From Octopus vulgaris (taxonomy: Eukaryota): a stretch of 64,000 nt of DNA. Numbering within the stretch: position 1 is the first letter of the stretch; each line of letters opens with the position of its first letter. The notes under the pieces are model-generated. The model was not told the DNA's origin and searched no databases. It saw nothing but the letters and a program-made list of their open reading frames with translations. Shown here piece after piece: positions 52,301 through 64,000 of this stretch. The translations under genes were made by a program, and so were the position numbers. The stretch spans positions 3,410,001 to 3,474,000 of the forward strand of contig OX597821.1 in assembly GCA_951406725.2 (NCBI GenBank), in the 5' to 3' direction.

Positions 52301-53846
52301 TACATGCATATATACATGTATAATATATATGCATATGTGTGTTTTTATATATGTACATATATCACGTGATATATGCATGTATATATATATACAGAGAGAG
52401 AGAAAGAGAGAGACGGTCTTTTAGTTTCTGTTTACGAAATCCACACAACAAGCTCTGGGGGAAGCTACTTGCCCTATGTACTGAACCTGCAACCATGTGG
52501 TTGGGAAGCAAATTTCTTACTTCGCAACACCTTTTTGCCTCTTCAAACCGTTGCTTATTTTCCCGTATTACATGTTTTTTTCTATCGTATTTGATATTAT
52601 GGATAACTGAAAAGGATTTACGTCGACTAGAACACATAAAGGCAAAGCCTTCTTTTGATATAATGATATCCTTTTTTATGAAGATTCATCTCTGCCCTCG
52701 TGATATAACAGAGCAAAACATTGTGGCTTTTGCAGTAGATAAAGCTTGTAGATTATTGATACAATAGATCACGTTACTTGCTCGGAAGAAACAGTTATAG
52801 TTTCCACAATCTGAAGTATCTAATTGAAGGCACACACATTATAAACATTAATCAATACCATCTAGGAACGAGTCAATGTTTCATAGCATAATACAGAGTA
52901 AGGGGATCGATATCAGCATGAACTGTAACCCTTCATTTGAAAAAAGGCTTCCGCTTTGTGACTTAGGTATTACGAAGATCTTTATCGTAGCAATTCATAG
53001 ACATTATAAATAGAGTTCAGTTTCGGACATACCAATTTACAGGGGTAATATAGATCATGCAAACAAGCATAATATCGATTTGAGAATAATTCACTTATTC
53101 CTGTTATGATGTTTCGTGTATATTGCAACACTTCCGCTTTCCGAGCTTGCATATGATAGCGATATGATAGCTTTGGTGTAAGGAAAAACTTGCCTGCCAA
53201 ACCTAGCAGGTTGAGCACACACATAAACGGTTACGTACGTAACTCTACATATGTACATGCATATATCTTCTGTATGATGTAAAAGGATAAAATCTCTTTA
53301 TATATGTATATGTATCAGTGAATGTTTTTACCCATGTATGTATATGTATATACATGTATTTTTTTACCTGTGTGTATATATATGTATGCAGATTAAGACT
53401 GAAGTTTCGATTTTGATTGTATGATATATGAATATAATGGCATTATTTGTTACACTATTTGTTGAACTAATGTGCTTGCATCTTCCATAGGCATCTATCT
53501 ATATATTATGTTATACTATATTATATATGTAATATACAATATATTTTATTATATTATATTACACTATATTATATTATACTATATTTTTGTAGTATTTTTC
53601 ATCTACTATGTATTGTGAATGGCATAATGCACATATTCCATTATTGGTATTAATAATAATAATAATAATATTAATAGTTTTGGTAATACAATATAATGAA
53701 CTTTGGACTTTGTATATGAACCCATTGATGTGGATGTATATGTATACTCCAGTATATATATATTTGATTATCTGAAACCATATGTGTATGTATATTATTA
53801 TATATATACTTATATAAATATACTTATATATATATGTATATATATG

Positions 53847-53879
<33 letters not shown>

Positions 53880-53966
53880 TATATATATATATATATATCT
53901 TGTGTATGTGTATTTTGTTTCATATTTATATTTGCATTTTTATATCTTTATAATTGTACGTTTTAA

Positions 53967-54095
53967 TCTCTGACGAGGCCTTGAGATATATATATATATA
54001 AGTAACTCATTTTTAAGTGCATATTACCTCAATACATCTGACTAATATAGGCACAATGAGATACTTTTATCTACAGGCAGAAACAGCTGTAAGAG
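53967..54095 (+). ncRNA. Degenerate hammerhead-like motif with a long stem-II loop
   Basis: TCT-CTGACGA-GGCCTTGAGATA...TATCTACAGGCA-GAAA-CAGCTG-TA-AGA; mismatch at 10.1/11.1. Confidence 0.55.
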
Positions 54096-54454
54096 CCATT
54101 TTATATGTATTATTCTTATGGTATTATCTTATTATTGATGTTTATTGTTTTATTCTGTTTTATTCTGTTGGACTTGGATGTTCCTATTTAAGTAGTTAAT
54201 AAATAATATGAATTGGTAATATCTGTAAGTTGATGATTGAAAGGAATCTGTTCCTCCATTTTCTTATTTGTTTTATGATTTTGAGATAAAATATTTTACC
54301 TTCGCCCATCTTATACAATAAATGAATTAATTGCATTGCAATTATAAGCATTTATGAGTTTGCTTTTGGGTACTTCACTAGCAGTATATTGGATAACTGA
54401 TATCCCATAGTGGGTTACACTCATAACCCCTATCTCACTTTGTATATATATATA

Positions 54455-55150
54455 CTAGCAAACGCACCTGTCCTTTGGTGGTATTTTTTTACCAAATTGA
54501 ACTACAGGAGAAGGTTTATGAGTAGCATGACAATCTATGTTTCCGATTAACTTAGGAACAGAAGACTTAATTGAAGACTGGTTATTGTGGAGGTCGTTGC
54601 ACCTCAATAACCATAGAACATATAGGTTTGCAAACTATGCAAAGTAGAGCTACTGAAGTGTTTTGGGACTAGATTACGGATAAGGACTACAAAATATAGT
54701 TGTTTTACATGAAAGCGAAATTTCTTGTCAGAAGCAGCCACATAAATGGTGTAAGGGAACTGAAGGAAGACGTTGAAACGTTCCCTCTGCGAGTTTATTT
54801 CCTTCAACAGCAAAGGGAGTGATTTTTTCGGACAGAAGTATAATTGGTACGTTCAAAAATAGCAATATAATACGTACTTGAAAAAGCAGAATGTATTTGC
54901 TGCATGCTTACCATGTACGACCACTCTGAAATAGGCTTCATATATGGGTCTTAGGAAGTTTTCCGCCAATTTATTGAGACAGCTGTAAAAATGAATAATA
55001 AGAATTAAGTCGCTGCTTACTGAGAACGAACCATGCATTTGCGCCATTGCACAGAAAGGCAAAATTATTCCTGTAAATATTTTTTCGAGATATAGAAAAA
55101 CCGATAAACGCATAACAATTTGGTAGCGAAAAATGTATAGCGCGTTTCAC
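54455..55150 (-). mobile_element. Possible Helitron-like remnant (3' end near 54455)
   Basis: Minus strand ends with a weak hairpin cacc...ggtg then CTAG|T; 5' boundary uncertain. Confidence 0.3.
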
Positions 55151-56046
55151 GGTTAAAATATGTTCGTGTATGTATAAACACTCATATATGTGTGCGCATA
55201 CATACATATATATTTATATATATATATGTATGAGCATATATGCATATATATATATATATATATCAATATATATGTATGTATGCGCATATATATATATATC
55301 AATATATATGTATGTATGCGCATATATATATAAGCACTCACATAGACACAATGACAGGGAGAGTGAGAGAAAAAAGGAGGGAGAGAAAGAAGAGATTGCA
55401 ATTGATTACGGCGGATCCTTTTCAAAGTTATACTGGACTTATTCTTTGTCGTCCTGCCGCTTCGTTGGACAAATTAAACTACATGACAAATAAAAGACTA
55501 TTTCATATTATGATATGTGAACGTAAACATCCGATCGTTTGTTCGATGTACGGCGAGTGGACGAAAGTGTATGATACGCCATCCGTCCCCTGTCATTTCA
55601 ACATATAATACAATTCGGCATGTATGCACAACTCGGCAGTAAAGACGATAAATGATATAAGTCGATAAAGAAAATAATAACAAAACAGACTAGACGTGTA
55701 AAACTGGGAAGACAGACGCTGGCGGGTTGGGCAGGGCGATGCAGTGGGAATGTTCTATCAACCTTCAGAAAGTTTCTACTTTAATCTGGTAGTTTGTTAA
55801 ATATAATAGCAAACGGAAGCTGTAGACCATAGAGACTCTGATAGATATGAGATGGTAAAATGACTGATAGATATGAAATGGTAAAGAAATACAAAGGAAT
55901 CAAGGGAAGAAGTCAGGTGAAGATGTGTACAATAGTGCCAACAGTTTTGTCCGATTCAAATATCAAAACAACAAAAAATCTCAAGAATCAAACATGAAAG
56001 TTCAATACTTTTGAAATACAAGTGGCGTAGGCGTTATTAGTGATAT

Positions 56047-56245
56047 CTATTTCTTTACTACCCACAAGGAGCTAAACACAGAGAGGACAAATAAGGACAG
56101 ACAAATGGATTAAGTCGATTATATGGACCCCAGTGCGTAACTGGTACTTATTTAATCGACCCCGAAAGGTGAAAGGCAAAGTCGACCTTGGCGGAAATTG
56201 AACTCAGAACATAGCAGCAGACGAAATACCGCTAAGCATTTCACC
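56047..56245 (-). mobile_element. SINE family A, tail type 2, 5'-truncated
   Basis: Colinear with 14305-14533. Confidence 0.85.
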
Positions 56246-56487
56246 TCTGTGTGTGCGTGGGTGAGTGTTCGTGCATGTGTGTGTGTGTACCGAATCTGTG
56301 CACCAGCTGCGTTTACATATAAATCAGTTGTGTGCTGCATGTGTGTATATGTCTAGTGCATATGTAGGATGTGTATACGGTGCATATGTTTGCGTTTGTG
56401 TGCCCGTGAGCAATATCCAGTATACAACGGTTTGTGTTTGCTATGCTAGTGCGAATTGATGTGAGATGGGTTGTGTGTGTGTGTGTT

Positions 56488-56590
56488 ATTATTCAGTTTA
56501 TTTTGAAGATTTCCTGCCAATGGAGAAAGAACCGGTTTCTAACTTAGATCCAAGGCTTCTTCATTGGAATTTCAATATCAACAACAGGGT
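56488..56590 (-). repeat. Second copy of the ~95-bp (TACA)n-associated repeat
   Basis: Match to 48592-48685. Confidence 0.75.
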
Positions 56591-56772
56591 ATTTTTCTGT
56601 GCATGATTATGTATGTATGTATGTATGTATGTATGTATGTATGTATGTATGTATGTATGTATGTATGTATGTATGTATGTATGTATGTATGTTTTATGTA
56701 TGTATTCAAAAACCAAAGTTATTTTTCACGGAAAATTTCAGTAAGGGCACATTTTACCAGCATATAATCCTG

Positions 56773-56780
56773 ACTACTAT

Positions 56781-56825
<45 letters not shown>

Positions 56826-56826
56826 A
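56773..56826. repeat. (TAC)n microsatellite
   Basis: Directly visible. Confidence 0.95.
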
Positions 56827-57420
56827 ATAATCGTTGTGGCTGTGCCTGCTATTTACCATAGTCCTAGTAGGGGAACAGTGGTCAGTTACTTGAGCCGATA
56901 ATGTAGTTTGGCTGGCAGGCAGGGACTATAGAATCTGTTGGAATGTCTCTAGCTGCAGAACCACGTGGTGGTCTGATATTCACGTTTTCGCTTTTGTTTA
57001 TAGAGTTGGGAAGAAGATTAATTTTCGATTTCTTAATAAAGTTACAGTTACTAACTTTCTTTCTATGTTCTACAAATGTTGCTTGTTGGCGTAGTTGCTT
57101 CGCAGTAAAAAGATTTAATTCTGGATGCAGATCGTCCCAATATAATTTCAGTCGTTTCATATAAGCAACAGAGGGATTTTGTTTCGCATTTTCGTCACAG
57201 TTAAATCATTATTCAATTCATAATTCCAAGAGAAATGAGTTTTGTAGTTACGGTTTCTTCTATAACTACAGCTAGAAAGAATTTGTTTACCTGTTTAGCT
57301 GTTATTTTTGTTCTATTCCTCGATCGTGTTGTTGTTGCTGAAGTTGCGTCTAGCTATGTTGTTGGTAGTAACTCTCTGCATGCTAAATTCAAGTTTCAGT
57401 CGAAATCACTACGATCGTGA
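56827..57420 (-). mobile_element. R4/Dong-like element N-terminal ORF fragment ending in (GTA)n
   Basis: SWNYELNNDL...AKQNPSVAYMKRLKLYWDDLHPELNLFTAKQLRQQATFV resembles the N-terminus of R4-clade ORFs. Confidence 0.6.
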
Positions 57421-58036
57421 ATAATAAAAAAGAAAGTCTCCCTCAGTTAATTCATCTGAAGATTAACCAGTTATTTAACAAACCTGTCACTTCCAATGTG
57501 TACTGTTGTACGTATGTAAGTATGTCGTGCCTGTGTCTGTGTGTGAGTATCCTGGTGTTTTATTTTATTGGACTCGAAATCGCGCAATTGCGACAAACAA
57601 TCTGTGGCGGTAACAAGGAGTTGGCACTAATAAACCCAAGTCCCTTTTCTTATACTGTGAATCGGTAACTACTTACCAACATCTTCCCCTTGCATGGGTT
57701 ATAGAAAAAAAATCTTTGAACTGATATCGCTACTCTATCAATAAAAGCATGCTATCTGCATTGGCCAATAACTGCCAACATCTAGAACTCATCGTAGACA
57801 TGTCTATTTGGTGTCTAAAATCCGGATGGGAAACGTTCATTAGTCAAGCGTAGGAAACCTTAAGTTGCATGGAGCCGAGTTAAACTGGTATCAGATTATT
57901 ATGTAATTCCTAATAAATGTATTGAGTGCCACTTTCTTTCGATTGTCCACATACTCGTATGTGTGTGTACAAATGCTTCTGTGTGTGTGCATGCATATAT
58001 ATACATACATACATATCTATCTATCTATATATATAC

Positions 58037-58450
58037 ACTCTTTACTCTTTACTCTTTTACTTGTTTCAGTCATTTGACTGCGGCCATGCTGGGGCACCGC
58101 CTTTGGTTGAGCAAATCGACCCCGGGACTTATTCTTTGTAAGCCCAGTACTTATTCTATCATTCTCTTTTGCCGAACCGCTAAGTGACGAGGACGTAAAC
58201 ACACCAGCATCGGTTGTCAGGCAATGCTAGGGGGACAAACACAGACACACAGACACACACACACACACATATATATATATTTACATATATACGACAAGCT
58301 TCTTTCAGTTTCCGTCTACCAAATCCACTCACAAGGCATTGGTCGGCCCGGGGCTATAGCAGAAGACACTTGCCCAAGTTGCCACGCAGTGGGACTGAAC
58401 CCGGAACCATGTGGTTGGTTAACAAGCTACTTACCACACAGGCACTCCTG
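58037..58450 (-). mobile_element. SINE family C, full length, best-preserved copy
   Basis: tRNA-like head, CORE-like cttgggcaagtgtctt, internal (TA)/(TG) tract, tail ending in (aaagagt)n-like repeats. Confidence 0.9.
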
Positions 58451-58479
58451 CGCATATATATGTATACATATATGTATAC

Positions 58480-58548
<69 letters not shown>

Positions 58549-61500
58549 GTGTGTGTGTGTGTGTGTGTGTATCTATACACACACGAATATATGTATGTGT
58601 ATGTATGTATGTATATGAGAATTAATATAGATATATGAATGAGCGAGAGTGTATTTTTCGTTGCGTCTTGAACATTATTTAAGGATATGAATATAAAGAT
58701 TTTGATGTAACGTCATGTAGTCATGTTTGAATAATGGTGATTGCATCTTCATTCTAATTTTTTTTTATCCATTCCTTTATTTATTTTTGTATTGATTAAT
58801 TTCTTGAAACTTGTTCTGTGATGTGTCATATTGAATTTGTTTTCTCTACTAAATAGCATGTCTTGAGAAATTCATGAGGCTGTCAAATAATTGTTTATAC
58901 CTCGAACTCTACTCTGAAATAATGATACCTTTTAAAATAAAAACGGAGGAAAAATAAGCGAAATTGATACTTGCAAATATAAAAAAAAATTGCATGTAGA
59001 ATAATGTTTCGCAGTTATCGTTTTTTCTTTATTTTTTAGTTAAAAATAAATTACATAGCATTCTAGTTCACATACTTTATTTAAATTACTAGGTGCTGCT
59101 TCGTTTAAATACCATGGTATTCAACCAAGTTGCGGAAAATATATGATGTTGCTGCAAGGTTTTGCTGTCAATTTGTTGTGGAAGAATCTCTGCCTGTGTA
59201 CAATGCAATTTACTCTCGTCTCCATGCGAAGATATTCATCACGAAAGTACACTGTAAAAGAAGAAGAAGGTAAATATCGTTAAACATTAATACTTGGATT
59301 TATAAAGACTAATGGTTCATTCATAATGTTACATTTTGATTATATGTAAGGAATTCAATTTTTTCTTGAACGGTAAAATGTAGTTGTCAATGTTGTGAGT
59401 TAGTAAAATGTCGACAATGCCTGAATAAACGAGTGGACCCAAATATTTCAGACGTGACCATACCGTCATTTTAGAAATATATAAAGTAATGACTTATTGT
59501 CTACTCTGAACTATCCATATTTAGTATATTCCTAAGAGAGCGAACAAAGAAGGAATTAATCACTGGCTACTTTGTCCAATCCTGTTGTAGAAGCTTCATG
59601 CCAAGGAAAATATTAATGGTGAAACGGAAAGAAGGAAGACTTGATAATCTCTGAAATGATGTATTGTCTATAATTAGGATGACAGTTTATGATGAATGAG
59701 AAATAACTGAGTCATACCCATACAAGCACTTACTAGAGATATGCAAGCGTATGCACAAACGTGTATATATACATGTGTGTATGTATGAATGAATGTAGGC
59801 ATGTGCTTGTATGTGTGTATGTATGAATGTATGTATGACCTTTCTTCCAGCTCTTGAGAGAGATCAAACCGGTCGCCAACAAAGCGACAAGAGTTTTCAA
59901 TTAAGAGATATTCCGGTGTTTTAAACATGGGTCTGAGTTGTTGTGTTGGTTGTGCTACCAATGTGTGCACCCAAGTGCGTGCATCTACTCACCTAACAAT
60001 CTCAGACGGAGAAGTTATGGAATGTTTTACAACTCTTCACTGTGCCACTAATCGAATGGGTTACGAGAAACCCAATGTTTGTCTCTGTGTGTGTATGTGT
60101 GTGTGCGTGTGTTCGTGTGACATATAACATCACAATGTAACTGCAAAATATATATCCTAATGACCAAATAAGTGTCTTGTTACGCGAAACGGTTGTTAAC
60201 TCGCAAAACAAGTCATTTGGTATCCATGAGCATGCATATGAGTGAGTGCGTGAGCCCGTGTATGGCTGTGTATGGTCATGCAAGTGTCTCTCTGTCTCTC
60301 CCGCTTTTACACTCTACCCCTTTCTCTGTCTCTGTGTTTGCGTGTGTCTGTATTTGTGTAAGTGTGAGTGTGAGTGAGAGAGAGAGAAAGAGTGGGGACA
60401 GACAAAGAGAGAGTTTGCACTTGTGTACGTACACATGCATACGCTTCCTTGTATAGATAAGAAAATATTACTCACTGGATGTAATATTCTTTTCGATGTT
60501 GTCAATAAGATGCTCTCATTTCTATTGTACTGAATTATAAAACCGTGTAGGTTAAATTATAACAGACGACAATAGAACGTAACTTTGAAGTTTTCAGAAT
60601 GAAGAGAAACTTTAAAGTTTTGCAGTGTTAGTTGTGAAACAAAACAAAGAAAAGTAAACAATATGTTCGAATTTGAATTGTGTATCATTTAAAATCGTTT
60701 TATATTTCATAATATTGCCAAATATTTTTCAGACATATGAGTGATGGCGATATTGTTGTTGCTCATGTACTTGCAGTTGTTTTGCTGTTATTTATATTAC
60801 ATCGGATTTTTGTGTGCCCAGACAAGATGTGATCCAACAGAGCTACGATCAAAAACATCTTTTACCATCTGAGTCTATATTCTCAGATATATTTATGGCA
60901 TTCTGCATTATGTAATATTTACATTTTCTTTAAAAGAAATGGCATGACTTGAAGAAAAATTCGCTGCTTCTTCTAGCGAATAGAGCGTCGACATACAAGC
61001 ATCCTCATCGTATTCCGGTGGAGGCTGTCACTTGATGCAGAAAGTAATTCGACGTTTGACGGAACTATATTTGTTTTAACTTGACAAGATATATTCTTTG
61101 CACAGTGAATTGAACTTGAAAATGCCATTAACCTTTTTGAAATCAGCAGAAGCTAAAACATTAAGAAAGGAATTCTTGTTTCTTTTGTTTTTGTGCCATT
61201 GCGACATTCTGTCTGGGTCTCAAATCAATCAAGTGCATGCAGCTTCGATTCTCTGTTGTTTGTATTCTTTACCAGACTTTACGCATCAAAAGCGTCATTT
61301 TCTTTAAAAGAACTAATGTACTGTAAGGAAGTGTAATTCTTTTTAAAGGAATTTGAGTACCATTTACAAAATGGTATCAATTTGTTTTACTGTTGTCATA
61401 TCGCATCATATAAGAATCACAATAGCAATGTCCTCGCCGGAACTCCTTTTCAGAAATTTGCTGTCTATTGTGTATCAATATTTTTAGTTTTCACATACGT

Positions 61501-62386
61501 TTCTGGAATGCTAGTTACAAGTTAAGTATAAATACATGCACACCCGCAAACATATATATGCACAAATGCACACATATGCACATAAATATGAATGTACAGA
61601 TACGCATACACACACAAATATATAAACACACACACACACAAACGATACACACATACACACACATTCATATACACGTATATGTGTACTTATATAATATTAT
61701 GCATACAGAAGTAATGATGTTTATAAGTGTTGGTATATATACACGTAAGACGCGGGAGTATTGTGCAAAATGTTATATACACAGACACACGTAATCAATA
61801 GCAAATCTCTGGCGATTATTTCCGTATTATAAATGCTTACAAGATACCATGAGGCGCGCGCAAACACATACACACATGCACATCGGTATATACACAAATA
61901 CATGCACACAATCTCATGTGCACAAACCACGCAATTCGTTAGTGCTGAACATTCAGTAGCAAGCTCAGAAAATATGCACACTTTGCTTTTAAAGCTATAA
62001 TACCAATTAGCTGTAGAAAAACATGCATTCGATTTGGAAAAGAATAAGCAATTTCGCTTTACCTATTTGTTGAAGGAGAATACGAATATGTTTTCTATAT
62101 CCGTTCTACATACGTATTTCTAATTTCTGGAAGCCAACGGCTGACTAGGAATTTATGAAATTTAGACGTGTTTTAAGTGATAATATTTACGCGAAATATA
62201 CGAAACAGTTGAATCACGGTCCATGCAAATGTATCTATTTGATTTTGGAAACACGGTCACAACTCACAAAGTCTGATTTTGTATTTTGAGTACATGTGCA
62301 GTTTCGATATTTTCAAACGTGAATACTGGGGCACTTTGGGTATCATTAGATTAATACGTACGTGAGTGTGTACGCGTGTAAGCATG

Positions 62387-62520
<134 letters not shown>

Positions 62521-62522
62521 TC

Positions 62523-62570
<48 letters not shown>

Positions 62571-62589
62571 TTTATACAGCGCTATGTAA

Positions 62590-63290
62590 AAAATCCCCAG
62601 CCACATTGTTCCTAGTTCGCACCTTAGTCAAGGGGATTCCACTATAGCCACGAATGACCAAGTTCTTTGTGAGTAGATTTGTCAGACAGAAACTGAAAGA
62701 AATCCATCATCACTATATGTGCGTGTGGGTAAAGGGGTGAGTGTGTGTATGTATCTTTGTGTCTGTCGTTGTCCCTAACCACCGTCTCGCAACCGACATT
62801 GTTGTGTTAGCATTCCCATAAATTTGTTAAAGAGAAACTGAAAGAAGCCCATCGTAAATATGTGTGCGTGTGGGGATAAGGGTGAGTGTGTTTATGTCTC
62901 ATTGAGTCTGTAGATGTTGTTGCTGTTGTTGTTGGTCACCTCAATCGCCTGAGGATAACAATCAGAAGCGCTAGAGCCGCGGAAGGGAGATGAATCATCT
63001 CACACATTGTAACCCATAGTTCCACTATCAGGGCCGGATATCTCAGCCAGACATGGTCTGCTGAGCCAGAGAGTCGCAGCCAGAGGTGTTCTGTCGATGT
63101 TACTCAGCACCGCTTGTCAACCGGTGTTGGTGTGTTAATGTCCCTCGTAAACTAGCGGTTCGACAAAAGAGACGGAGAGAATAAGTTCCAGGAGTAAAAT
63201 AAAATTTAATACTAGGGTCGAATCGTTCAATTAAAACGCTTCAATACGGTGTCCCAGACTGGGCGCAGTCTGTTGACTGAAACAAGTATA
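62590..63290 (+). mobile_element. SINE family C with an internal duplication and an inserted ~190-bp segment
   Basis: gaaactgaaagaa..catc...gtgcgtgtggg block occurs at ~62688 and ~62833; insert ~62915-63100 starts with (GTT)n; the tail resumes at ~63108. Confidence 0.6.
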
Positions 63291-63344
63291 ATATAATACT
63301 ATCTACAAGTATGAACTGAAATTAAAAGAAAGTACAGATTCTAT

Positions 63345-63590
63345 GGGGGGCGCGTGGTTCAGTGGTTAGGGTGTCAGCACCATGATCGTAAGATTGTGGT
63401 TTCGATATCTAACCGGGCGACGCATTGTGTTCTTGAGCAAAACACTTCATTTCACGTTGCTCCAGTCTACTCAGCTGGCAAAAATGTGTAACACTGCAAT
63501 GGACTGGCGTTCCGTCCAGCGGGGGAACTCATACGCCCGAGAAACCGGGAAACCGGGCCTATGAGCCTGGCTAGGCTTTAAAAGGGAGCA
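63345..63590 (+). mobile_element. SINE family B, full length
   Basis: ggcgcgtggttcagtggttagggtgtc...ttcttgagcaaaacacttcatttcacgttgctccag...gagcctggctaggctttaaaagggagc. Confidence 0.88.
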
Positions 63591-63928
63591 TTTATTTTTT
63601 ACAGACTCTATGGCGGGATACGGGATATAGTCAGAAACGATGAATATTTTTAGCAAAGGATTAGTAATATATTTTACGACAAAACAGAAAATGCCCTTTT
63701 TTTCTGTCACATCATGCAATTAGTGAAACTATGCAGGTGCTAACGCTGGTTGGGTTATAACTATTCTTCCTACAGCAAATATTGTTTGAACTGGTACACA
63801 CGGCACTTAGGTTGTTCAAATAACAGTGGAACGGGTGTGTTATGCTCCACGGTGTATATGTATTCGCATGTGTAATAGGTATGTATTTATGCATGTATCT
63901 ATGTATATATGCATATACGTATGTATGT

Positions 63929-63967
<39 letters not shown>

Positions 63968-63969
<2 letters not shown>

Positions 63970-64000
63970 TCTGTGTGGTAAGTAGCTTGCTTACAAACCA
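63968..64000 (+). mobile_element. Start of a SINE family C copy
   Basis: ctgtgtggtaagtagcttgcttac. Confidence 0.7.

Noticed and set aside
55838-55886. 26-bp direct repeat x2
   Set aside because: Simple local duplication with no spacer structure

Overview
AT-rich, microsatellite-dense eukaryotic DNA. The SINE families and (TA)n/(CA)n/(TAA)n load suggest an octopus genome (inference). No intact protein-coding gene was found, and nearly all ORF-track entries are microsatellite or repeat artefacts. The window holds three main things. (1) A decayed, intron-containing minus-strand gene at about 3250-13362 that reads as FN3-like ectodomain, transmembrane segment and SEFIR/TIR-like domain, i.e. an IL-17-receptor-like pseudogene, with a Helitron and a nested mini-hAT in its last exon. 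(2) Many mobile-element relics: Tx1/L1, R4/Dong-like, RTE and CR1-group LINEs, a Penelope-like element, two mariner transposase remnants, MITEs and three tRNA-derived SINE families. (3) At least six minimal hammerhead-ribozyme-like motifs of the Penelope-associated type, two with near-canonical cores, plus several foldback hairpins. All calls come from manual reading and translation, and family names need database confirmation.
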